The notes beneath the pieces are model-generated. The model was not told the origin of the DNA, searched no databases, and was given only the letters and a program-made list of their open reading frames with translations. 38,220 nt of DNA, taken from Octopus bimaculoides (Eukaryota). This document shows, piece by piece, positions 11,762 to 21,784 of the stretch (the first letter of the stretch is position 1; every line of letters begins with the position of its first letter). The position numbers and the translations under genes were made by a program. The stretch spans positions 17,657,517-17,695,736 of the forward strand of contig NC_069002.1 in assembly GCF_001194135.2 (NCBI RefSeq), in the 5' to 3' direction.

Positions 11762-12822
11762 CAGTGGGAAAGATTTGATTTTGTGCTCAAACTGAAAATT
11801 TTTCAGTCTCTTCTTTGAGTCCTGAGTTTCTTAACCATTGTTGGGATTTTACTTTGTCTATTTCTTTTCTGTTTAGCTTCACCCAATATTTTCCATGCTG
11901 GGGCTTTTCTTGCCATCATTTTATCAGGATATGTTGTTACACCAGTTATAGTTTGGATTTCAGTTGTTTTACAGCTTTTGTTGTTTCTTCTTTTTCTTCA
12001 TAGTTGTCAGGTACTATGACTTCTTTCTTGTATTTTTCAGCTACCTTAAAGACAGAAAACAATTTTTTGTTTTGCTCATGTTTTGTGGACATTTGTACCA
12101 GTTTTCCTTGCTCTGAATTAGGTATTTGTGTAATCTCATGGTGGTTATTTTTTATAATAGTTTTCTCGCTGTATAAGACCTCTACCACCTTCAATACGTT
12201 GTATATATAACTTTTCTATGTCAGATTTTGGGTGGTGCATCTTAAATTAAAGTCATTAGTTTTCTTGTTTTCCTGTCTAGTTTGATTAGTTCATTTAGAG
12301 TCCAGTTAAGAATATTGTAGCTGTAACTTATAACTGGGATGGCTAGAGTGTTGATAACTGTTATCTTGTTTTTCGCATTGAGCTCTGTTTTCAGTATTAA
12401 TCTAACTCATCTATAGTATTCCTTTCTTATTTTCTTTTTCATTTGTGTGTGTTGCATCGTATCTAGTTCATTGATTCCTAAATATTTTTATGACTGGCTT
12501 TGGTGTAATTCTCTTATTTCATTTACTTTATGTAGTGTGAAATTGTTCCTCTTAACTAGTTTTTCTCTTTTCAAGGTTGCACATTTTTCTATGCTGAATT
12601 TAAAGTTTATTTCTTTGGTAAATCCATGCACTGTTTGTAGTAATGTAGTAATGTTTCCAGCTATTTACCATTTGCAGTATACAGTTTTAGATCATCCATA
12701 TACAAGAGATGGTTGATTGTTTTGTCATAACAGTTGTATCCACATCCAGTTCTGTGTAGCATGTCAGATAAAGGTGCCAGTGCCAAGCAGAGAAGGAGTA
12801 GAGAGAGCGTGTCTCCCTGGAA

Positions 12823-12830
<8 letters not shown>
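11762..12830 (-). mobile_element. R4/Dong-clade LINE RT fragment, 5'-truncated at an (AAT)n tract
   Basis: Minus frames: FQGDTLSLLLFCLAL, HLLYMDDLKLY, KYLGI, AIPVISYSYNILNW, HPKSDIEKLYIQRIEGGRGL, WQEKPQHGKY, SQQWLRNSGLKEETE, AQNQIFPT. Confidence 0.88.

Positions 12831-12880
<50 letters not shown>
12831..12880. repeat. (TTA)n tract joining two Dong-like fragments
   Basis: Directly visible. Confidence 0.95.
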
Positions 12881-12882
<2 letters not shown>

Positions 12883-13290
12883 ACATTTGGTAGTTTCAGG
12901 CAAATTTCTACTGCGTCACCTCCTACACCTCTATGTTGCTGGGGGGTGTGCAGCATTGTGTGTTCTTTTTTGTGGCTGGGAGTGTGCAAATACTTTCTGG
13001 TATTGTATTGCATCAGTTTCTTTTTTTTTATGGGGTGTGGTGCAGTTTTTTGTTGTATTAGTGTTTGTATTGTGTGTTGGATGTGTAATGCGTTGGGTAT
13101 CTGGCTGCTGGTGGTAGTTTATTTCATTGGATATTTGCGAGATAGAGTGTGTCTTGTGTTTGTGAATTGTTTTGTTTAGCTTGCATATTTGAATTGATAG
13201 TGTCTTGCGTAGGATGTGAGCTGTTCCTTGTAGAGCTATGTTTTGGATCGTGTGTAGTGCGGAGGATCCAGATATAGCTTCTACATTTTT
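12881..13290 (-). mobile_element. Extreme 3' end of an R4/Dong-like LINE (ORF C-terminus and 3' UTR) with (AAT)n tail
   Basis: AISGSSALHTIQNIALQGTAHILRKTLSIQ matches the IQK..L.GTA.ILRK.L terminus of R4/Dong ORFs; ends ccaaatgttg-(aat)n. Confidence 0.8.
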
Positions 13291-13334
13291 GTTCATATTT
13301 CTTCTTCTACTCCTTCTTCTTCTTATTATTATTA

Positions 13335-13562
13335 TTAAGAAGGAGGAGGAGGAAGAGGAGGAGGAGGAGGAAGAAGAAGAAGAAGAAGAAGAAGAAGAAG
13401 AAGAAGAAGAAGAAGAAGAAGAAGAAGAAGAAGAAGAAGAAGAAGAAGAAGAAGAAGAAGAAGAAGAAGAAGAAGAAGAAGAAGAAGAAGAAGAAGAAGA
13501 AGAAGAAGAAGAAGAAGAAGAAGAAGAAGAAGAAGAAGAAGAAGAAGAAGAAGAAGAAGAAA
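13335..13562. repeat. Long (GAG)/(GAA)n triplet microsatellite
   Basis: Directly visible; source of the poly-E, poly-S and poly-L ORFs. Confidence 0.97.
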
Positions 13563-13639
13563 AAGCAGCAGCAGCAGCAGATGGAGATGAAGGAGGAGGA
13601 GATAGGTCCAAATTAACATGAAATATTTAGAGTACAAAC

Positions 13640-13746
13640 TTTTGTCTTCTAGAAATACTGGTCAGTCTATTATTTGAGTTGCTTTTGTGGCTAAATTTGT
13701 CTAAGAAGTTCGAATAATTAATGGATCCATCTGGATTTTTGTTGAT
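13640..13746 (-). CDS. Exon C (107 nt) of the EF-hand gene; encodes INKNPDGSINYSNFLDKFSHKSNSNNRLTSISRRQ
   Basis: Very strong acceptor ttattttgtttctttttctgcAG; phase 0 matches exon B; second EF-hand loop NKNPDGSINYSN plus FLDKF exiting helix. The donor is less certain: AA|GTttgt at 13639 preferred, CA|GTattt about 20 nt upstream possible. Confidence 0.75.
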
Positions 13747-14164
13747 CTGCAGAAAAAGAAACAAAATAAATGATGAGCCTCATAATCATCATTATCAACA
13801 TCACTACCACCATCACCATCAACAATAACAACATCATCGTCTTTACCACCATCACCGACACCATCATTTACATAGCTTATATAATTGCAAAATACATGTT
13901 GCTTGACCCTGGGCCTTCATATACCTGGTACTGCATTGTCTGATATATTGCTGTTGTATATGAGCCCCGCTTACATTTCTTTTTTTTTTTTCTTCTTGAG
14001 ATTGGTGATAATATATCATACCGCTTGATTTAACTCCACCCAATGGCCTGCTCCAGATAGACTCCAAGCAAGGTGTTATTATGACATCATGGCACACCAA
14101 CGCTTTTACACTTACCTAGATACTGAAAAATAATTGTCCACTGAAAAATTCTCCTTCCTCTTCT

Positions 14165-14429
14165 CTAATATTCATGGACACTATCAAACCCAAATCTTAC
14201 ATATCCCTTATTACTAACACACAACCCACACATACTATTCTTTGCTGAGACCCAAATCTCTTTCCCTTTATTTAAAGCCCATCTCTGCTGCCCACGCATA
14301 ATCTCTTATCCCTTATCTTAAACCTCTGCTGTCTAGGTATAATCACTTACCCTTTGTCTGCTCTCCAGGTTACATGCTAAAACTTTCTCTGTGAAAAGAG
14401 ATATTTGCCCTAAGTGTGACTTACCAAAC
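14165..14429 (+). mobile_element. CR1/L2-type APE fragment, interrupted by a Gypsy LTR
   Basis: Inverted homologue of 10250-10545; the alignment stops at aagtgtgacttacca, where tgtgggg begins. Confidence 0.65.
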
Positions 14430-15570
14430 TGTGGGGATGAAATGAGTGAGAAGGAAACGGCTGTGGCATCAATGGTCAAGGAGCCTGACCAGAACAGGAA
14501 GATGGAGAGAGAAACTGAAGGAAAGAAAGACCAGGGTCATCCCCTTTTGGCTTGCTGCAGTCGCTGTGAATGGACATCAGTGGAGCAAGCTAGCATGATT
14601 GGTAGTAGCAGCTGCTAATATTAGGGCACGAGTTTGGACTTAGCACAGCTGGACAGCCAACAATGAGAGGTAGGTGAACCGTATCTTATTTCCCCACATT
14701 ACAGTTCCCACATACCACAAGCTATTTCGGTTCTCATGTATAAATATATTCTTCCATTGTTGTTCCCTTCCATGAGATGGCAGCAAAGATAAAAATTGGC
14801 AGCAAAGATAAAAATTGGCAGCAAAGATAAAAATTGGCAGCAATGCTGTTAGACCTTTCTATAGCAAAGGATCTGTAGTTGCATGGATCCCTAAGATAAA
14901 CATAGTGGCCAGGCTACAAGGCATCGGCGATGTAGTGGGTCTCATAACCTGTACCTGGAGGAAGCGCATTGGCACTGTACCTTGAGATGGACAAGGAAGA
15001 CCAATTGAGTGCGGTGAAGACTGAGCAGCGCTTGAGGGAAGCCTATATGGAGGGAATGTATGCCATGATTGCTATGCTGGGAACAGTCATGTGGACAGGG
15101 GAACAGGTCAATGAGTATGTCAAGGAGGTTCGGAGACTGGCCATGCTATCTGGTTTTACCGGAGAGGTCTAGAGAAGGCAGCACAACTGGCCTTCATAAA
15201 TGGCTTTCTTGACAACATATCGGTGTCATTGTGCAGTCACTGCTCGTAGTTGAAGTCTTCGTTGGGGGAAAGGCATTCAAAGTCCTCATGGATACAGGCT
15301 GTACAACATCTCTCATGACCCTGAGGGTAACAAAAAAATGGAAGGGGACAAGTAGTGTTTGAGCAGTCGATGGCAGCAAAACTGGATGTAAGGGTATCAG
15401 TGGCATCAAGATAGTAGTGTGGGGCACAACATTGAAGCTGCAGGCGATTGTGATTGACCACGTGGTAGACAGAACTGACATAGTGATGAGCATGGACATG
15501 ATCAACTGCTTTGGAGGTGTCAGTGTCGGTGGAGACATGATTTCATTTGGTGGTGCGGGGGTGTCCCACA
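14430..15570 (+). mobile_element. Gypsy LTR retrotransposon 5' remnant (LTR about 14430-14772, PBS-like repeats, gag, protease)
   Basis: TGTGGGG start; gag-like WIPKINIVARLQGIG...ALALYLEMDKEDQ...RLREAY; aspartic protease FKVLMDTGCTTSLM...AVDGSK. Confidence 0.82.
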
Positions 15571-15867
15571 CTATGAGAGGGAGATAGAACTCCGCAAGGG
15601 ACTGTGCTGCTTAGAACCATTGACTGTGCTTACACTAATAGCAAGCTGCTTTCACTGGTTATGCGTGTTCTGCTTTTCATGTGGGTTACCATTACACATC
15701 CAACAGATCACATTGATTGTGTATCAGTTACAATTCCACGGAGATCTCCTATTCAATGGCATATATAAGCATCAGCTGTCATTACATAGCATCATACTTC
15801 TTACAGAGAATTTAGAATAAAAATCAGAAGCTGATCATTGAGAAAAGTAAAGTAACATAAAACTGAC

Positions 15868-15987
15868 CTTACAAACAATGTTTTCAAACACAGTGTCGGA
15901 AATATGTCCAAAGAACATCTCGATAACCTTTCGGAAATCCTTTACTTTGACTGAAAAATTCTTCTTTGTGTCAAAATATTTAAAACT
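15868..15987 (-). CDS. Exon B (120 nt) of the EF-hand gene; encodes SFKYFDTKKNFSVKVKDFRKVIEMFFGHISDTVFENIVCK
   Basis: Strong acceptor attctttttgttttttgcaAG and donor AAG|GTcagt; phase 0-0, 40 codons with no stop; lies inside track ORF 15835..16071(-). Pattern F-x2-F-D-x6-V-x3-D-F-R-K-V-I is a degenerate EF-hand followed by an EFCAB6-like linker helix. Confidence 0.8.
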
Positions 15988-16556
15988 CTTGCAAAAAAAC
16001 AAAAAGAATATTGGATTTAATAACACTGATAACATGCACACACACACACACACAGAGTCATTCAACACCACATAAGCTTTGACTGAACAAACCTGTGACC
16101 AAAATCTTTCTAACCATGGTCATTTATCTAAATTTTGGACCAAGTATAAAGAATTTCTAGATGCACTCCTTTCTTAAAGTCAGCTGGGTATCATTTATAA
16201 GATATTCGGTTATATTTTTAGCAAGTCTTGTTTACTTGTCAGTAATGATCATGTGATCATATTTCTATCAATATTTCCTCAGTGGTAAAATATGATCAAT
16301 TAAATTAGACATTTATAAGCTACACCTTTATTAACTAGCCTGCTATTTTCACTCCATTTTCTTTTTCAGTTCTAAGACATGGGCTACAAGACCACATCAT
16401 ACAAGACTACATCATACAAGACCACTTATGTTTCCTCTTTAGTACTGGGGATGTTTCAATTATGAAATAGGAAATATACATAGTAGGTAAACATACACCC
16501 CATACCCACAGTTTATACTTATATACAGGTAGAATAGTTAGTGGGTTGTTATGTAG

Positions 16557-16632
<76 letters not shown>

Positions 16633-17225
16633 AAATGCATATGTATGTAGGCAAATGGATATGAATGTAAACAGATAGACATACAGACAGATAGGTACAT
16701 AGGTAATATGAACAGACAAGCATACATACACAAATAAAGACTGAAACACATGACCATATACACACACACTTCACTTCACACAAGGACACATATGGAGACA
16801 CACATCCACACATATGGAGATACACATCCGTATATACAGACACAGTACATAGTTACAAAAACCCATATGCACACACATAAAAACACACAAACACGAACAC
16901 ATGAATATGCAGAATACATACAAACATACATACATATGCACACACACATACATGTATGCATACACTTACATACATGTGTATGCGCACACACACTGATCCA
17001 CACTCATGGGTACAAACAAACAAAAGAATACAGTTTGGATAACGGACAGAGTCAATGAGTATTGAAAAGGTTGCAAGGCAATGAAAATTTTAGGAAAAAT
17101 AAATAAGTAAATGAGTGGAAATTTTACCGGTGAACGTGTTGAATAATAAGGCACTAAAAGAGAATGACTCTCCCCAGACACAACAATATATATATATATA
17201 TGATGATGATGATGATGATGATATA

Positions 17226-17320
17226 TATTAATATTTAGCAGAAGTAACAGAGTGATTCAAAGTCTGAGAGTATTATGCTTGGACCTTGAGTCACTCAGTT
17301 ACTTCTGCTAAATATTAATA
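17226..17320. repeat. 95-bp foldback element (39-bp arms, 3 mismatches, 17-nt loop); probable miniature MITE
   Basis: Left arm tattaatatttagcagaagtaacagagtgattcaaagtc versus reverse complement of right arm tattaatatttagcagaagtaactgagtgactcaaggtc. Confidence 0.85.
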
Positions 17321-17394
17321 AAAATATACAAATACTCATATTCTGAGTTTTATTTTTCCTGCCTGCATTAACATACCTATATATATAGATATAA

Positions 17395-18600
17395 TTCTTT
17401 TTATTTACCCAGGCCTATTCCCCATTTCTTTAGGAAGGGGTAGCCACAACAAGACACACACCAGGCATTTCATTCATTTCCCAGCTCAAAGAAACGAGCC
17501 CCATTCTATGCTTGGATCAAGACATAGAACGCAACTCCCAATATTAGCAGCGGGGCCGAACAGCATATGCTGGTTTACCCCTGCCGCATCATGCTGNNNN
17601 NNNNNNTATTAGCAGCGGGGCCGAACAGCATATGCTGGTTTACCCCTGCCGCATCATGCTGATTCCATACCCCTTTGAGCAACATCAAATTCACTCATCT
17701 GTCCACAAACACTCTCCAAGCTTTCCTATCATTTATAAACTCTCTTGCCTCTCTCACTCCAACACCGCTAACCGCCAAAGCTTTCCTCACTCCATCCATA
17801 CACACAAACCAAGGTCTGCCTCTGGTTCTAGCTACCTACCACTTCTACTTTCATCACCCTCCTTACCATCTGCTCCTCATCCATCCTCTTCGTGTGCCCA
17901 AACCACCTCAACATTCATCTATCCATTTTGGTTGTTAGTTTTTCTCCCATTCCTGCTTGCCTTTGCACCTCCTCATTCCTCATCCTGCCCATCCGTATCA
18001 CACCAACCATAGCCCTCAAACATCTCATCTCAGCCCCCTCCTTTCCACCTCTCTCAGCTCTCACGTCTCTGCCCCATATAACATTGTCGGCACAATCACG
18101 CCCTCATACACACCTCTTTTTACTTTCATATTCAATCATTTATCTCTCAGCATACCTTTCACAACTCCCCTCCCTCCCTCTATATCCCACTTCCTCAGCC
18201 AACCCCACCATCCCAGATACTTAAAAACACTCACCTCCTCTAACATCTCACCATTTATACTCACATCCATCCTACCGGCCATTCCATCTCTCGAACATCT
18301 CATCCCCTTACTCTCAGCTACATTCACTTTCAGTTTCCTCCTCTCACACACTCTTCCAAACTCTATCACCAGTCTCCTCAGTTGCTCTTCCGAATCTGCC
18401 ACCAGTGCTGTATCATCAGCAAACAACTGACTCACCTGCCATTTCTCTCCACTTTCTCTCACCATTTGGGTTCCCCTACCAAAAGTTCTAGCATTCACCT
18501 CTCTCACCACACCAGCCATATATAAATTAAACAGCCACAGAGACATCACCCAACTCTGTCTTAACCCCACCTTCACATCAAAGCACTCACTTCACCACCC
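17395..18600 (-). mobile_element. Second RTE-clade LINE family, RT to 3' end, decayed
   Basis: ORF 18136..18576: VGLRQSWVMSLWLFNLYM, QLFADDTALVADSEEQL, KVNVAESK, FKYLG. There is no Cys/His insert between motifs 6 and 7. Confidence 0.85.
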
Positions 18601-18654
18601 ACCCTAACACATGCCCTACTTTCTCTATAAAATATATATATTTATATATATATA

Positions 18655-18972
18655 AGGGTAAAGACCCCTTTTGGTTATGAAAGTTTCCCTCCAAGGCACA
18701 AGTCCAGGCAAGATTGTTTGTGGAAAACCAGCAGTCACCCATGCATATCAGTCTCCCCTTTCCATGCCACTGATGTTATCCAAGGGAAAGGCAAAGACCA
18801 ATACAGCTTGGCACCAGTGAAATCACAATTCAATTCTACAGTTTAGTGAACTGGAGGAACATGAAATAAAGTGTCTTGCTCAAGAACACAACACACTAGC
18901 ACAGTCCAAGTATCAAACTTACTATCTCACAATTATAAGCCCAATGCTCTAACCACTGAACCATGTGCCTTC
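18655..18972 (-). mobile_element. SINE family S3 (gaaggcacatggctcagtggttagagc head)
   Basis: Reverse-complement homologue of 21203-21538 (tRNA-like A box, ttcttgagcaagacactttattt body). Confidence 0.85.
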
Positions 18973-19282
18973 ACACACACACACACACACACACACATGT
19001 ACATGTGAGTGTGTGTGTGTGTGTGTATGTGCATGCATATACATAGACATGCACACACACACACACACATACCACATCAACTAACCACATCACACATCTA
19101 CCACATCAACTAACAAGGATTTGGTCAGTCTGGGGCTATATAGTAGGAGACAAATACTCAATGTGCTATGCAGTAGGACTGAACCTGAAACCATATGGTC
19201 AGTAAGTGAACTTTTTACCCACATAGCTATGCCTGCACCTATTTATGATATAAATTGTAAGATGATAATTTAAATTATATAC

Positions 19283-19353
19283 CTTAAGAAAGTCTTCAAA
19301 CTTTTCTCCAACAAAAGCTCGCAAACCATTCTCCAAAGCAAAAGGCTCAGATC
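19283..19353 (-). CDS. Exon A (71 nt) of a spliced EF-hand gene, EFCAB6-like; encodes (G)SEPFALENGLRAFVGEKFEDFLK
   Basis: Minus-strand acceptor aataaatttctatttccAG and donor AAG|GTatat. Open in the phase 1 to phase 0 frame; joins exon B in frame to give the EF-hand entering helix DFLK|SFKYFD. Confidence 0.72.
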
Positions 19354-19432
19354 CTGGAAATAGAAATTTATTCTGAATAATTTTCAGAGAAATATATTTT
19401 ATTTATACAAGATTGTTTCAATGACAACAATG

Positions 19433-19633
19433 TTAACCTTTTTGTTACCATCTTTCTTTTGAAATACACTGCCTTAGTTTCAGTCAATTTTGAAAGTAAT
19501 GAAAGAATTTAATAAAATGATGTGATTATTAGGCAGGTGCAAGAGAAAATTTGAATTTCAATAACATTAGAACAGGAAATTCATATCATAAAACCAAGGG
19601 CAATTTTAGGCAGTGGGGTATGAAAATGGTTAA
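19433..19633. mobile_element. piggyBac-type MITE
   Basis: TTAA-cctttttgttacc ... ggtatgaaaatgg-TTAA termini. Confidence 0.6.
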
Positions 19634-19661
19634 AGCTATTTAAAAGCAACATCTGAATATA

Positions 19662-20425
19662 TAGGAAGTCCCTAAAATCTGGACACACAGGAAATCTCAT
19701 TAACTATGTTTTTTTATCTAGGAGTGGCTGTGTGGTAAGTAGGTTGCTTACCAACCACACGGTTCTGGGTTCAGTCCCACTGCGTGGCACCTTGGGGCAA
19801 GTGTCTTCTACTATAGCCTCGGGCCGACCAAAGCCTTGTGAGTGGATTTGGTAGATGGAAACTGAAAGAAGCCTGTCGTATATATGTACATATATATATA
19901 TATATATATGTTTGTGTGTCTGTGTTTGTCTCCCCAACATCGCTTGACAACCGATGGTGGTGTGTTTACGTCCCCGTAACTTAGCGGTTCGGCAAAAGAG
20001 CCCGATAGAATAAGTACTAGGCATCCAAAGAATAAGTCCTGGGGTCGATTTGCTCGTCTAAAGGCGGTGCTCCAGCATGGCCACAGTCAAATGACTGAAA
20101 CAAGTAAAAGAGTAAAAGAGTAAAGAGTATATTTCATATATTATATTTTACCTATATATTTTTTACTCAATGAAAATCACAGATGCAACACACTTGATGG
20201 AAGGCATAAAGAGTAAATATGCTCAAATTGATGGCAATGTAGAGTTATTGCATCGGGTTCACATGAATCTTACAAAGTGCACCGACCTTTGCATCACAAA
20301 TGGTGGAAATAATATTGAAGATGTTATTCATTAATATTCCAAATGAATAAAATGGCGTTGAAAATTTTATGTGTATTTCTTGAAAATGAACTATTTGCCT
20401 GTGTCCAGACTTTAGGGACACCTTG
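19662..20425. mobile_element. Non-autonomous Tc1/mariner element with a nested S1 SINE
   Basis: Left gtccctaaaatctggacac matches right gtgtccagactttagggac (inverted); TA on both sides. Confidence 0.7.
19720..20128 (+). mobile_element. Full-length tRNA-derived SINE family S1
   Basis: ggagtggctgtgtggtaag (A box), gggttcagtccc (B box), internal (TA)/(TG) tract, tail aaggcggtgctccagcatggcc...(AAAGAGT)n; homologous to 29314-29717. Confidence 0.92.
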
Positions 20426-21202
20426 TACAAACAAAATAGAAAGCTTCAGTTTTGAGCCTACAATGCCCATCGGCTGAGACTGAAACCTGGAAAAGAGCCA
20501 AACCAAGGCAAAAAAAGAAAATTTATTTTTAAGTAAAATATGTCATTGTATTTTTAAGTAAAAATATTTAATTTTAGGTGCAAAGTCTTGGTGGCTTCCT
20601 TATATCATTTCCTTGGACAACATTAATTACAGTGTCGTGAGATAGATAATGTGAAATCATCATCATCATCACCATTTAACATCCATTTTCCATGCTGGTA
20701 TGGGCTGGACAGTCTGACAGTTGGCAAGGCCAGGAGCCATACAATTGTCTGTTTTGTCATGATTTCTACAGTTAGGTGCCCTTCCTAATGCTAACTACTT
20801 TACAGATTGTGCTGGGTACATTTTATTTGACACCAGCACCAGTGCTTTTTATGTGATACTAGCACCAGTACTTTTCACGTGACAGCAACACCAGTGCTTT
20901 TAGACTGATACCAGCACCGAGAGAGTCACCAAGTACCTTGCAAAACAAAAACCCCTCAACTGGAAGGTAGGAGTAGTATTGAAGAGGTGTTGCTTTGTGC
21001 CAGTTGAGAGATAAAAGGTACAGGGGAGAGAGATAGGTGTCTTGCTATTGAGTAGATACATGGATACCCCAGCTGGAAAGCAAAGGAGAGTGAGTTAGGG
21101 AGTAAGATAAAGAGAGCAATAGGGAGAGAGATGACAGCAAAGATGTTTCAGGACATGCCCTCAAAGGATATTAGAGTGGTAAGAATAGGCGAGGTGATAT
21201 AT

Positions 21203-21538
21203 GAAGGCACATGGCTCAGTGGTTAGAGCATTGGACCCACAATCATGTGGTAGTGAGTTTGATTCCCAGACAGGGCTGTGTGTTGTGTTCTTGAGCAAGA
21301 CACTTTATTTCTTGTTGCTCCAGTTCCCTCAGCTGTAGAAATGAGTTGCAATGTCACTGGTGTCAAGCTGTATCAGTTTTGTTATTCTCTTGAATAACAT
21401 CAGTGGCATACAGAAGGGAGGCTGGTATGCATGGGTGACTGCTGATCTTCCATTAACAACGTTGCTGGACTTGTGCTTTGGAGGGTAACTTTCTAGGTGT
21501 AATCCCATGGTCATTCATGGTCAAAGGGGGTTTTACCG
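21203..21538 (+). mobile_element. Full-length SINE family S3
   Basis: tggctcagtggttagagc A box, gagtttgattccc B box; homologous to 18655-18972. Confidence 0.87.
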
Positions 21539-21784
21539 TTATAGTGGTTTGAGATGGTTGAATGGGCAGGATGTGGTGACTGTAACAAATGATGGAGAGA
21601 AATGTAGGAGAGGCTCAAGGCAGCGGTTGCAGCAAATACATGAGGACACTGAGGGTGATAGTAGGTAAGCAAGGTATTAAAGATGGAGAACAGCACAGGG
21701 GTGAGAAAGCACAGAAAGGTGGTGTTTGGTGGAGACAGCAGACAGAGTATTATGTCTTGAGTTTGAATATCTCATTGCGAATAA

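Noticed and set aside
12931-13637. Long poly-Ser, poly-Glu and poly-Leu ORFs
   Set aside because: They are reading frames through a (GAA)n microsatellite; the only meaningful part is the Dong-like C-terminus.
15625-15805. Minus-strand acceptor and donor pair just downstream of exon B
   Set aside because: All acceptor and frame combinations I tried contain stops.
17541-17660. Direct ~55-bp duplication flanking a 10-N gap
   Set aside because: Typical unmerged contig overlap, so an assembly artefact.
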